In this document: in pieces, positions 48,061 through 57,214 of the stretch
Layout of the letters: every line of letters starts with the position of its first letter
Numbering within the stretch: position 1 is the first letter of the stretch
From: a virus
Reading direction: 5' to 3' (one strand)
Virus record (IMG/VR): IMGVR_UViG_3300028027_000054
Coordinates: 15,807 to 79,806 of that record
DNA: 64,000 bases
The notes under the pieces: generated by a model
Seen by the model: only the letters and a program-made list of their open reading frames with translations
Told to the model about the DNA's origin: nothing
Database searches by the model: none
Program-made: the position numbers and the translations under genes

Positions 48061-49421
48061 TAGAAAGGGTTGCTAGGAGCCATAGATTGAACATCACCGG
48101 CTTCCATCATATTGTCAAAATCCTCAGAAGTCTGGTAGTCCTTACGAGCAGGATGGTTGGCTAGCAGATACTGCATGGACAGCTCGATCTCTTCCACCTG
48201 GCTGACATCCATGATGCCACGTGAGGTGTAAGTATTGATCAGGCTCTCGATCTCTGCTACGGCCAGCTCAAGCTGCTCGTTGCTATGATAACTGTGGAGC
48301 ATTTCCACTTTACTCATTACGGCTTTGACCTCTGGGCTCATCAGCTTGTTCTGCAGTTCAGAACCGGCAGTTTGGGAGATCATGATCTGGGCGGTCTTTA
48401 CCATGGCTTTATCTAAAGAGATATCCCAGATATAGCTTACAGCTTTGGTCAGACTGGGTACAAACGTGAGCGTACGGTCTGAGCTGTGCTGGTAACCTAC
48501 TTCCAGATATTTCTCCAGCTTGTTGGCCGGAACCTCAAAAGAGTCGATCTCATTCTTGGTAGGGATACCAATCTGGAACTTCTCTTTGTAGTCACGGGCA
48601 CCTTTGTTGTAGTACTTAACCAGTTCACCTGCAGATACACGGTTTACCGTCATCTTCAGCATGAAACGGTCCCAGAACGGAGAGTCTGCTTCTTCTTTAG
48701 GAATCTCATTACAGGTAGCTACAAAGAGTTTCCACTTACATGGGATCTTGTGTTTACCGTTGAACAAGAACTTCTCGTTCATGACGCCCAACATGGCATT
48801 ACGGATAGCAGAGCTAGCCTTGTCTACCTCGTTGATCACCACGATCTCAGCTTCTGCAATGGGTGCAGAAAGTTCATACTTGTTCTCTGTAAAGAGCTTA
48901 CCAAGATCCGGCATGCCCTTGATCTCAGAGGCTTTGGTTCCCTCGTCTGTCTCGAGAATATATATCTTATTGGCAAAGTCTGCTGCGGTCATCTTGCCAT
49001 CACGGTTGAGCCATGCTTTTGCATACTCAATCACGGTTTTTGTCTTGGCCACACCTGGTTGGCCTACCAATAACAAGGGCAGACCTGTTGACTCTGCAAG
49101 AGCCAGCATTTTAAATACTTCCTCCTTGTTGATCAAAGAGGTTTCAATGGTTCTCACTTCATTTGCTTTCCGGGTAATAGACTTAACTCTTGTCTGTGAC
49201 ATGTTTACGGGTTTAACTTGTGTGGGTGTAACTGCCGCGGGTGCGGATGCTGCTGGTTTTGATGGTGTGACCACCGGTTGATATATAGGTGAACTAGACA
49301 CTTTTACCCACCGTTGAACGCCATTGGAGGTACTTTGTACTTGCCAAAGGTTTCCATCATTTCCAATTCTTGTAGTAAGATTTGGAAATGCGGTAGCACT
49401 GTCTGTTGGAGATGGTCTCAT
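48060..49421 (-). CDS. MoxR/RavA-family AAA+ ATPase with a short N-terminal GNDG module
   Basis: GQPGVAKT Walker A, INEVDKA Walker B, ATCNE, FWDRF. Start reassigned to the ATG just after the upstream stop. Confidence 0.85.
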   Translation of the reverse strand: MRPSPTDSATAFPNLTTRIGNDGNLWQVQSTSNGVQRWVKVSSSPIYQPVVTPSKPAASAPAAVTPTQVKPVNMSQTRVKSITRKANEVRTIETSLINKEEVFKMLALAESTGLPLLLVGQPGVAKTKTVIEYAKAWLNRDGKMTAADFANKIYILETDEGTKASEIKGMPDLGKLFTENKYELSAPIAEAEIVVINEVDKASSAIRNAMLGVMNEKFLFNGKHKIPCKWKLFVATCNEIPKEEADSPFWDRFMLKMTVNRVSAGELVKYYNKGARDYKEKFQIGIPTKNEIDSFEVPANKLEKYLEVGYQHSSDRTLTFVPSLTKAVSYIWDISLDKAMVKTAQIMISQTAGSELQNKLMSPEVKAVMSKVEMLHSYHSNEQLELAVAEIESLINTYTSRGIMDVSQVEEIELSMQYLLANHPARKDYQTSEDFDNMMEAGDVQSMAPSNPF

Positions 49422-49422
49422 G

Positions 49423-49785
49423 TTAGAGGTTTGCAAAGGCTGAGAAGGAATCGTCCGATTGAACGGGGTCCAGATCTGTTGTTTGTGTAGCCACAGATAG
49501 CACTGACCGTTCGGCATTATCTTCATTTGACCCGGTATGAACGGGTTCTTTGGCGTATAAAGTGGACCCATCTTTTGTGTCATCTATGATTACAAATATT
49601 CTTGCTGTGGTTTCCAGATCTCTCAATAAAGGATGTTTCTTGATAGTAATGATCTGTACATCAGAAGCTTGATACTTTTCCTGAATAGATCCAAAACCCA
49701 GATCATCCTTCTTAAGCCAAGTGTAACCGTTGTCTAATAGTTCTTTGATAGCTGTTACACCCAATTGTACTTTTTCTACTGCCAT
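49423..49785 (-). CDS. Hypothetical protein
   Basis: ORF between UDG and MoxR. Confidence 0.55.
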   Translation of the reverse strand: MAVEKVQLGVTAIKELLDNGYTWLKKDDLGFGSIQEKYQASDVQIITIKKHPLLRDLETTARIFVIIDDTKDGSTLYAKEPVHTGSNEDNAERSVLSVATQTTDLDPVQSDDSFSAFANL

Positions 49786-49805
49786 GGTTGGTTTGTTTTT
49801 GTGTG

Positions 49806-50522
49806 TTACCACGTGATTTTAAACTGAGGCCCATTGTTTTTTTCTATGATCTTGTTGGCCTCATTAAACAGATCATTACAGTCCCATTGGGTTTTACTGT
49901 ACGCAGCTGACGCTGGATGTGTTGCCTGGAGTATATAGTGACTCTGTGATATAGATCCTTCCAGTTCCTGGGCTTGCTTACCCAGCAGGCAGAAGATCAA
50001 TCCTGAGTTGGTCAGGCTGAGCATGTCTATGACATACATCACGAAGTCATGCCAGATGTCATAATGGGATCCCACTTTATCTACCTGGCAAGTCAGAGCT
50101 CTATTCAGCATCAGGACGCCTTGGTTGGACCACCTGGTCAAATCAGGATCCTGATGGCTAGGAAAGCCCTGGTAAACGGTGTTTTCTATAGCATCAAACA
50201 TTTGCTGCAGGCTGGGTTGAGGTTTACCTGTGTTGCCACAGGAGAACGCAATACCATCTGCTACACCCAGGTGCGGGTAGGGATCCTGACCGATCATGAC
50301 GACCTTCAGGTCAGATACCGGACATTCTTCAAAAGCCCGGAACACTTGCTTTAGAGGTGGGGTAAACCGTTTACCGGCTTCCCGCTCATTGTACAAAGTC
50401 TCCAAGATCTTGTCAAAGTCGGAGCTATACACAAAGCTTTTCAGCTTAGATGCCCAGCCAGAAGGCTTCAGCCGTTCTATAAGTTTGGCTTTTATTTGTT
50501 CTAGGTCTACAGTTTGTGTCAT
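49806..50522 (-). CDS. ung: Uracil-DNA glycosylase, family 1
   Basis: VVMIGQDPYP, ADGIAFS, PSL, QGVLMLN, HPAS. Confidence 0.93.
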   Translation of the reverse strand: MTQTVDLEQIKAKLIERLKPSGWASKLKSFVYSSDFDKILETLYNEREAGKRFTPPLKQVFRAFEECPVSDLKVVMIGQDPYPHLGVADGIAFSCGNTGKPQPSLQQMFDAIENTVYQGFPSHQDPDLTRWSNQGVLMLNRALTCQVDKVGSHYDIWHDFVMYVIDMLSLTNSGLIFCLLGKQAQELEGSISQSHYILQATHPASAAYSKTQWDCNDLFNEANKIIEKNNGPQFKITW

Positions 50523-50532
50523 AAAAGTTCTC

Positions 50533-50540
50533 TAAATTTG
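50533..50540 (+). promoter_or_regulatory. Bacteroidota sigma-A-type -7 element TAAATTTG
   Basis: Exact TAnnTTTG match 16 nt before the ATG of the lone + strand gene. Confidence 0.55.
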
Positions 50541-50556
50541 TAACAAATAATACCCT

Positions 50557-50847
50557 ATGAGTAGCTACACTGCTATCAAAACAGACAGTACGTTCCCCAT
50601 CACTGTAGGTGGTGGCACCCTGGTGAACCTTCAGAAACTTCTTTTTTACATTCTGGCTGATAAGACTGAGGAAGAAATCCAGCATGCTTATGATAAGATC
50701 ATCAAGAAAGAGTTTGATGAAGAATGGATAGAACACTATGCGTTCCTTGCAGCACTGATCAATGTGATAGAAAAAACAGCTCAGGATAAAGGGCTGGCGG
50801 TGGTTGAGTCGTTAGACGAGTCGTCGTCTACTGAATCAGAAAGTTAA
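50557..50847 (+). CDS. Small acidic hypothetical protein, counter-oriented
   Basis: Fills the gap between - strand genes and has its own -7 element. Confidence 0.6.
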   Translation: MSSYTAIKTDSTFPITVGGGTLVNLQKLLFYILADKTEEEIQHAYDKIIKKEFDEEWIEHYAFLAALINVIEKTAQDKGLAVVESLDESSSTESES

Positions 50848-51223
50848 CTTCTTCACCGATTTCCATAGCAGCCTGGATAGCCAGGGAGAGCTCATCTTTA
50901 GAGCACTCCCCAAAGCTTTTAGCCAGGAAATATTCTTTACCTGCAACTTCTCTGGCTATACAGAGACCGGCTCTGTCTTTGACCAGGAGTTTCATGTTCT
51001 CAACTGTTTCTCCTATATGGGTAGCCAGATGGCGGATCACTACGTGCAGCTTTGCAAGCTGTGGTAGTGTACCGTCATCATGTTGCATCTCATAGAAACA
51101 CTCTACTATACTGCCTTCAGGTATCTTGCTGACATACAGTTCCATCTGTTTTGATACAGCAGAACTTATAGGTCTGAGCATTCCACCACGTTTGATATAC
51201 TTACCTGTGAAGTGATGTGTCAT
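50828..51223 (-). CDS. Hypothetical protein (NinB-like?)
   Basis: T..QLAKLH..IR.LA...G ... KSF pattern resembles NinB. Confidence 0.45.
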   Translation of the reverse strand: MTHHFTGKYIKRGGMLRPISSAVSKQMELYVSKIPEGSIVECFYEMQHDDGTLPQLAKLHVVIRHLATHIGETVENMKLLVKDRAGLCIAREVAGKEYFLAKSFGECSKDELSLAIQAAMEIGEEVNFLIQ

Positions 51224-52334
51224 AGGACTTAACGTTTACATCGTGATACTTGATTTTCTTAGGGTCTAGATCTTTCAGAGCTTCAGTTACCCAGCGTTCG
51301 TCTACTGTGTCTTTATAGCAAAGGATATGCACTATGGCCGTGTCTTCCGGATTAAGCCTGAGTAACCTGCCGATACGCTGGTTGCTTTTACGCTCGTTGC
51401 CATAAGCATGCATGATGATCCCGGCCCTGAGGTTGGGAATGTTTACACCCTCATTGAGCTGCATGACGCAAGACAGTTCTGAAATGTTACCATCTTTGAA
51501 CTGCTGCAAGTTCTCTTCACTTTCTTCATTCTTGGAATGATAGGAGTTGACACAGATCCGGTCAGCCTGGTCCTGGGTATTACAGAATACAATGCACTTG
51601 TCTTCTATTTCATCAAGCAGGTCTTTAGCATATTTCTCTTTGGTCTTAAAGTCCATCATGACACGCATTCTCATGACAGAAGCAATCTGCTCCTGTTTCT
51701 TACTTTGTGCTTCCATGATCCTGCGGGTCCAGTACTCGTAGCTTTTCTTCTCTGAAGTATAAAACGTGTTACCGTTTTTACCTTTTACCGGTTGGTTCTG
51801 TTTGTCAGAAATCGGCATTTTATGTACGATGATCCTGTAGTCGTTGAGTATCTCATCTTCTACAGCATCATCTGTGATGTACTTGTATAATACAGGGCAG
51901 TACCGCTGTACCATCATGCCTTTTTCAGAACGATCATACCGTGGTGGTGTACCTGTAAGTCCAAGTATCCTGCCAAGGAATGGTTCTAAAAAGACAGTGT
52001 GGGTAGGTAATAAGCTGTGACACTCATCCAGTACTACCAGGTCGTAAAAGTGTGGGTTAAGCTTATGTAAAGACAGGTACGTAGAAAACTCGATCTTATC
52101 CATAATGGCTGGATCTATACCGAACTTTACTGCATCGTCTTTCCATGACTCAAATATGCTAAGCTTAGGAGCCACAACAAGAGCCCGTTTAAAGGGGCCC
52201 TCGTTGTAGTAATGCTCCAGATACTTGAGACCGATCAGCGTTTTACCAACACCCATACTGATACCTAAGCCGCAACGTTTGTGTTTGATTGCGATCTCTA
52301 TGGCATCTTGCTGGATCTCGTTACGTTTACTCAT
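51201..52334 (-). CDS. Superfamily 2 helicase (UvsW/ResIII-like)
   Basis: MGVGKT, DECH, GLTGTP, LNEGVNIP, QRIGR. Confidence 0.9.
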   Translation of the reverse strand: MSKRNEIQQDAIEIAIKHKRCGLGISMGVGKTLIGLKYLEHYYNEGPFKRALVVAPKLSIFESWKDDAVKFGIDPAIMDKIEFSTYLSLHKLNPHFYDLVVLDECHSLLPTHTVFLEPFLGRILGLTGTPPRYDRSEKGMMVQRYCPVLYKYITDDAVEDEILNDYRIIVHKMPISDKQNQPVKGKNGNTFYTSEKKSYEYWTRRIMEAQSKKQEQIASVMRMRVMMDFKTKEKYAKDLLDEIEDKCIVFCNTQDQADRICVNSYHSKNEESEENLQQFKDGNISELSCVMQLNEGVNIPNLRAGIIMHAYGNERKSNQRIGRLLRLNPEDTAIVHILCYKDTVDERWVTEALKDLDPKKIKYHDVNVKSYDTSLHR

Positions 52335-52579
52335 TAGTCAAATACTCTTTGGATTGATCCGTCAAAGGGGTTAAACTCCACCTGGTTGTATGACTTGTAC
52401 TCACCAGGTCCGAACACCATCTTATCATGCTCGTCATGGGTAAGAATACCCATAGCGTTGAGCATAAAGGTGATGCTGTCTTCTGTCTGTTCAAACTCGA
52501 TGTCTTTAGGAGACTCAAGAATGTGCTTGTGGCCTACGATCTCACCCTCTCCGAGGACGATACGTTTTGCTTTTTCCAT
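52334..52579 (-). CDS. Small His-motif protein
   Basis: LGEGEIVGHKH ... LTHDEH ... GEY ... QVEF. Confidence 0.6.
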   Translation of the reverse strand: MEKAKRIVLGEGEIVGHKHILESPKDIEFEQTEDSITFMLNAMGILTHDEHDKMVFGPGEYKSYNQVEFNPFDGSIQRVFD

Positions 52580-52589
52580 GTTGTAGATT

Positions 52590-53324
52590 TTAGGTTTCTG
52601 AATACATTAAAGAGAGATACTGATCTTTGGTCAGGTGTCTTGAAGGCTGGACATCCGTGGTCTGGGGACCTTTCTTGACGATGATGATATCACCCTGGCG
52701 GTAGATCCGCTCAGGCATGTCTACATCTATACGTATGGTCCAGGCTATGGCACGGATGGCGTCATAGTTTACGGTTTCACCACTGCTTATCCATCTCTGA
52801 CCAGTAGCTGCCTCCAGGGGTACGTAGATCCAATACTCCCTATTGGTTGTAGTGCACCAGCACCTGACAGCATAAACAGGGTTGGCATTACGACCCCACC
52901 TGTCCTGGCCAAAAAGCTTTTCACCAGGTATTTCATAGAGTTCATACACATCTTCAAACTCATACTCAAAGGGATCATTGTTATCATCCCAACGGGTACG
53001 TTTCTTCTTGATCACCTGGCGGTCTTTGAGTTCAGGGTTAAGCTGCTTGAACAGCTTTTCTACACCAATGGCGTCAAAGTAGTTCCTGCGGTCTTCGGCA
53101 TTAGCCTGGGACAAGCCTTCTTCTACGGTGACCGGGACGATCTCATCCCACATGGCTTCTACAAAATCACGGAAGTCAAAAAGACTTTCGTGCGGTGTTA
53201 CATCACGGGCAAAATCACGGAAGTCTGTTTCATACTTAGTCTTCCATAGACGTAAGGCAACTGAGAGGGTGTAGCCGTCTCTGCCATTGACTATATACGT
53301 GTGTTTACTGTAATCAATATTCAT
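52590..53324 (-). CDS. DUF6745-like protein
   Basis: NAEDRR ... IG.E ... V.C..T.REY.I.VP ... AIAWT, plus a C-terminal RQGD. Confidence 0.55.
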   Translation of the reverse strand: MNIDYSKHTYIVNGRDGYTLSVALRLWKTKYETDFRDFARDVTPHESLFDFRDFVEAMWDEIVPVTVEEGLSQANAEDRRNYFDAIGVEKLFKQLNPELKDRQVIKKKRTRWDDNNDPFEYEFEDVYELYEIPGEKLFGQDRWGRNANPVYAVRCWCTTTNREYWIYVPLEAATGQRWISSGETVNYDAIRAIAWTIRIDVDMPERIYRQGDIIIVKKGPQTTDVQPSRHLTKDQYLSLMYSET

Positions 53325-54006
53325 CTTCTTTTGTTGTTAGTTCTAAATAGATTTCTTTTACATCAGTGTCACAGGTGCCGATGCTTATCTCTTCCATCAT
53401 TACTACGAGCGTATCATCAACCAGTTTAAAGCTGCTACGCTCAAACCTGTCAGCCTGCCAGATACTTCTATATTCTGTAGTATCTTCCATCTGACTGTAA
53501 GCTTGGATGGCTTTTTCTACCTGTTCTTCAAGCTGCTTCTTGACTTCTTGAGCAACTTTAGTATGCTCATCAGTCAGAAAACCGTTGTTGACAATAAAGG
53601 CTACATCTATGTGAGGAGTTTCACCTTCTATGTTGTACTCTAAAGCATTAAACCACAGGCTTTCAGGCACAGTGATCTTGATGGGATACTCAAAGTCGTA
53701 GTTCTCATCTTCACTGTAGTAGTCTGTACCTACAAATGCTTTCTCTGTAGAGTTGTAAATGGCTTCCCCGCTGGCTGAGAACTCACCGGCCCAGGATCCA
53801 TAGTCCAGGTGATCATACATCAGGTCAGTAAGCTGACGGATCTCGTCGTTTTCTGCATTGTCTGACACCTGCTGACCATCTATGGTAAAATATGCCCAAC
53901 CGGAATCTCCGCCACCTTCCCATTTGATACCTAACTCTTTACCTTGTGCTACCTGCTCATCACACCATTTAATCAAGTCTGATGTTGCTATTACTTTCTG
54001 TGACAT
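53314..54006 (-). CDS. Acidic hypothetical protein (DUF6878-like)
   Basis: WEGGGDSG motif. Confidence 0.45.
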   Translation of the reverse strand: MSQKVIATSDLIKWCDEQVAQGKELGIKWEGGGDSGWAYFTIDGQQVSDNAENDEIRQLTDLMYDHLDYGSWAGEFSASGEAIYNSTEKAFVGTDYYSEDENYDFEYPIKITVPESLWFNALEYNIEGETPHIDVAFIVNNGFLTDEHTKVAQEVKKQLEEQVEKAIQAYSQMEDTTEYRSIWQADRFERSSFKLVDDTLVVMMEEISIGTCDTDVKEIYLELTTKEDEY

Positions 54007-54397
54007 CTTTTAAAGTTTTTTCTGTTACATAATCAAGTTTTTGGTCTTCTATTTCACGGACCATTTTTCTACCCTCACCGGGTTTAAACATCCAGCCTTC
54101 CGTAGTCATGCAGTCTAAATACTGCTTGATCGTAGGAATAAAGCCGATGTCTTCTTTTAAGTGCTGCTCACCAATAAACCTTACAGGAACATTCTTCCCG
54201 TCTGAGTTAGTGATGACCACACCAAAGATTTGCTCACACCAGAAGATGCCTTCTGCGTGGTGTCTCAGAGCACGATGTCTCATGTCTGGATAGTTAGCCT
54301 TGGTTTCATCAAACCAGCTATGGATTTTTATATAGTCTTGCCAAACTCCCCCGTACTTGCGTGCGGAAGAGATAGCGTGATGATATGGATGTGACAT
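53969..54397 (-). CDS. DUF6915-like His-rich protein
   Basis: HPYHHAISSARKYGG ... IH.WFDETK ... RHRALRHHAEG ... GEQH..ED. Confidence 0.7.
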   Translation of the reverse strand: MSHPYHHAISSARKYGGVWQDYIKIHSWFDETKANYPDMRHRALRHHAEGIFWCEQIFGVVITNSDGKNVPVRFIGEQHLKEDIGFIPTIKQYLDCMTTEGWMFKPGEGRKMVREIEDQKLDYVTEKTLKDVTESNSNIRLD

Positions 54398-54600
54398 TAG
54401 ATCTGATTTTTAGTAAACTTCTTTACCATGTACTCTTTGATCCAAACAGACAAGATGATTGTCCAGGTAATAGCAGCAAAGGGCCAGGCTAAGAACCAAA
54501 CCAGTGGTAACAGGTAGTCACCGTCTGTGTCAATCTTTCTGATAAAAGCATTTACTGCCCAATAAATCAGGCCAATTGATAAATAAAGAGGTAGTATCAT
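54397..54600 (-). CDS. Small membrane protein
   Basis: Two hydrophobic segments. Confidence 0.5.
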   Translation of the reverse strand: MILPLYLSIGLIYWAVNAFIRKIDTDGDYLLPLVWFLAWPFAAITWTIILSVWIKEYMVKKFTKNQI

Positions 54601-54992
54601 TGTTGTTCTTTTAATCTGAGTTCAGAAAATCCCAGCTCCTTGGCTTCAGCGGGGTTAAGTTCTATCCAGGTGTGACAGTTACGACACACAGATAGCCATG
54701 TTGAGATCTTGAGGTGATTCTCTCCACGGCCTGCCTTATGGTGGATGTCAGTTGCATCTTTTGTACACCCAACCAGCCTGGCTTGGCAGATTGGATGTAC
54801 AATGAGATATGCAGCTCTTCTTTTACCGTACTCATCCAAGGTTTCTCTCATTTTCTTAGAGATAGGAGAGATTTTCTTTGGCTTCTCAAGCTGGTACCAG
54901 CAGTCCCTGCAGTATTTTTCTTTACCATGGGACTTCCAGATATGCTTGAGTTGTTTGCAGCCTGCACAGGATTTGAGTTTAGTCTGTATCAT
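54597..54992 (-). CDS. Zinc-finger/HNH-like protein
   Basis: CAGC, CRDC, C..C ... DIHH ... VCRNCH. Confidence 0.7.
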   Translation of the reverse strand: MIQTKLKSCAGCKQLKHIWKSHGKEKYCRDCWYQLEKPKKISPISKKMRETLDEYGKRRAAYLIVHPICQARLVGCTKDATDIHHKAGRGENHLKISTWLSVCRNCHTWIELNPAEAKELGFSELRLKEQQ

Positions 54993-55010
54993 ACGGTATG
55001 GATGGGTGGG

Positions 55011-55535
55011 TTACGCTAATTGGAAGAAGTTCTGCGGAAGCAGGTTAACCTCCATGAGTTTACTGGCTACATCTTCCTGGGTTAAACCGAGCTCTTTAAA
55101 AGAGTGCGTTTCCCTGTTGCTCCTGTCATAACCCTGGGTATCTACCAGGAGCTTGGTAATGGGAGAATTAGGAAACAATGCCAGCAGGACACTGTCCACT
55201 TTAGAGTAGACGATCTCCTGTTTCCAGCGGTTCAGGATGCGTTGGGCTTTGGCATACTTGGCCAAAACACGCAGCTTTTTGGACTTGCTCATGTTGTCAA
55301 CATCTACCGGTGAGAAATAACTCAGGCCATAAACTGTTTCTGCATAAAGCTCTTGCTGGATCTTATTAAAAGCGGGTTGTTCCAGGACCTGGTACTTGGT
55401 TTTACCTTTCTGTTGAATGTCTTCAATGTGCTGAAGGTTCTCATAGGGCATAAACCTATGTTTGTTGGCGTCTCTAAAGGAGATGATAATACCTTTAGTA
55501 CCAGCAGATACTGTTTTGTGTGGATTGATACGCAT
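55011..55535 (-). CDS. Hypothetical protein
   Basis: ORF probably starting MRINPHK. Confidence 0.55.
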   Translation of the reverse strand: MRINPHKTVSAGTKGIIISFRDANKHRFMPYENLQHIEDIQQKGKTKYQVLEQPAFNKIQQELYAETVYGLSYFSPVDVDNMSKSKKLRVLAKYAKAQRILNRWKQEIVYSKVDSVLLALFPNSPITKLLVDTQGYDRSNRETHSFKELGLTQEDVASKLMEVNLLPQNFFQLA

Positions 55536-55597
55536 TGTTCTACAGTTTAGAAGGGTGAAAATAGAGAACTTATTGGAGTTCTCCAAGTAAAGTCTAC

Positions 55598-55635
55598 AAA
55601 AAAAAGCCCCTAACTTTTTATGGTCAGGGGCTTTT
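55598..55635. terminator. Intrinsic terminator
   Basis: AAAAGCCCCT ... AGGGGCTTTT inverted repeat. Confidence 0.7.
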
Positions 55636-55652
55636 AGTATAGACTACAATAC

Positions 55653-56126
55653 TTAGAGTGTAGCCTGCACTGCTTCCAGTTCCTGGAGATCGTACAAACT
55701 GCGGGTGATAGCCTGCACCTCACGAATTTCTTCTGTGTTGGTGTGGGTGATCAGCTCATCTGTGGCATTGTTGTCACTTGTAAAGAATGACTGACGGTAG
55801 ATGGGTTGATCATCTACACGGCATATTATTCCTGTGTCACCGGCAATCTTCAGATCCCTTTCAGGATTGGTCGGATTGAATGGTGTAAAGGATTCTTTTA
55901 CAACGATCTTACCAGTTATTTGCTGGCCTGCTTTGAAGTCGGCTGCAACAAGATCAGTTACCAGGCCTTTGATAAAAGCTGACCGTTTGGTAAGCTTAAG
56001 CCAGCCTTTAGAATTGATCTGGTGTGAACTTTGCTCGACTCTGATAGAGCCATACTCAGGGTTGTTCTGAGAAACTACGATAACGTTTCCGTGTTCATCT
56101 GCTTTGACAGTTACTTTACTGGTCAT
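55653..56126 (-). CDS. Hypothetical beta-rich protein
   Basis: 157-aa ORF flanked by terminators. Confidence 0.6.
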   Translation of the reverse strand: MTSKVTVKADEHGNVIVVSQNNPEYGSIRVEQSSHQINSKGWLKLTKRSAFIKGLVTDLVAADFKAGQQITGKIVVKESFTPFNPTNPERDLKIAGDTGIICRVDDQPIYRQSFFTSDNNATDELITHTNTEEIREVQAITRSLYDLQELEAVQATL

Positions 56127-56156
56127 AATCAGTGATTTAAGTTGTGATAAAAAATA

Positions 56157-56187
56157 AAAAACCCCGGCTACGTTCGGGTAGCCAGGG
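56157..56187 (-). terminator. Intrinsic terminator
   Basis: CCCCGGCTAC ... GTAGCCAGGG hairpin with an A tract on its left. Confidence 0.65.
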
Positions 56188-56210
56188 CATAAGGTGTGAA
56201 GTCCGAGAGG

Positions 56211-56468
56211 TCATTCCTCTTCGGGACTGAAGTCTATATCAGGTTTTGTCAGCTTTTCTTCTTCAGGTACATCAATCAGGTCATCTACAGGTTCAGAAAC
56301 ATCTGGTGTTGAGCTTGACTTTTTACTAAGGACCGATCCAAACCAGGGATCTTCCATGATCTCTCCATAGTTGTAGGCTATGAGGTATTCCAGCTCTTCA
56401 TCACTCATCTCTAAATACTGCTCAGTACTGATCTCTATGACCTTACCATTGGGTAATTGGTACAACAT
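56211..56468 (-). CDS. Small acidic protein
   Basis: MLYQLPNGKVIEIS...; acidic tail. Confidence 0.6.
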   Translation of the reverse strand: MLYQLPNGKVIEISTEQYLEMSDEELEYLIAYNYGEIMEDPWFGSVLSKKSSSTPDVSEPVDDLIDVPEEEKLTKPDIDFSPEEE

Positions 56469-56553
56469 AGGGTAGATCTTATTCTATAAAAATAAGCTCT
56501 ACAAGTAGTTATACAAAATATCTAATGTAGAAGTCTGGATAATAGAGCTATAA

Positions 56554-56724
56554 CTATTTCTGGGAGGCATGTTTACGGGTCAATTCATGCATCTTTTTCT
56601 TCCAAAAAGCATTGGTTTTATTGATAGCCTCCTGGCGTTTGTCCAGTTCAACTTTCAATAGTTCAATCTCTTTTTCCAACTGCTGCACTTTTTGTGAAGG
56701 GAGTAAGTTCTTTAACCAGTTCAT
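56554..56724 (-). CDS. Small coiled-coil protein
   Basis: ORF starting MNWLKNLL. Confidence 0.45.
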   Translation of the reverse strand: MNWLKNLLPSQKVQQLEKEIELLKVELDKRQEAINKTNAFWKKKMHELTRKHASQK

Positions 56725-56788
56725 AGTGTTTGGGGAATAAAAAAAGGGACCCAAATGGATCCCTCAGTGTGAGAAAATAGATATTAGC

Positions 56789-57151
56789 TTAGAAGTTGAT
56801 CTCTATACTGTTTTTAGTAATGTTCACGTTCTTAGCTTCCGCTGAAACCTTTACAGGTACGCCGTTGACAACAAAATTCATCCCCGATTGTGCTGATACT
56901 GCCGTTGACCGTTCTTCCACCTGGGTTTTAGGTGTCGTTACAGTTTTACTTTCTATTTCTACTGAACCCGTGGGACGTTTGCCCCTTACATCAGGGAATT
57001 TAACTCCCTCTTGTTTAAACCGGTTCTTGTAGTTATGTACTGAAGAGATAGCAATGTTAAAATGCTTGGCTATGTCTTCAGGGGCAACACCTTTTTGGAC
57101 CATGGATTTCATTTGTTGAATATCCTCTAATGACAGACGTTTATTAGCCAT
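56789..57151 (-). CDS. HTH DNA-binding protein
   Basis: GVAPEDIAKHFNIAISSVHNY helix-turn-helix; adjacent to the integrase. Confidence 0.7.
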   Translation of the reverse strand: MANKRLSLEDIQQMKSMVQKGVAPEDIAKHFNIAISSVHNYKNRFKQEGVKFPDVRGKRPTGSVEIESKTVTTPKTQVEERSTAVSAQSGMNFVVNGVPVKVSAEAKNVNITKNSIEINF

Positions 57152-57214
57152 GTTCTATAGTTTAATGTACAATATTAATACATTTTCTATAGGATGACAC
57201 AGATTTAATTGGTT

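Noticed and set aside
49422-49583. N-terminal extension of the MoxR ORF given by the track
   Set aside because: It overlaps the upstream gene entirely; the ATG at 49421 directly follows that gene's stop.
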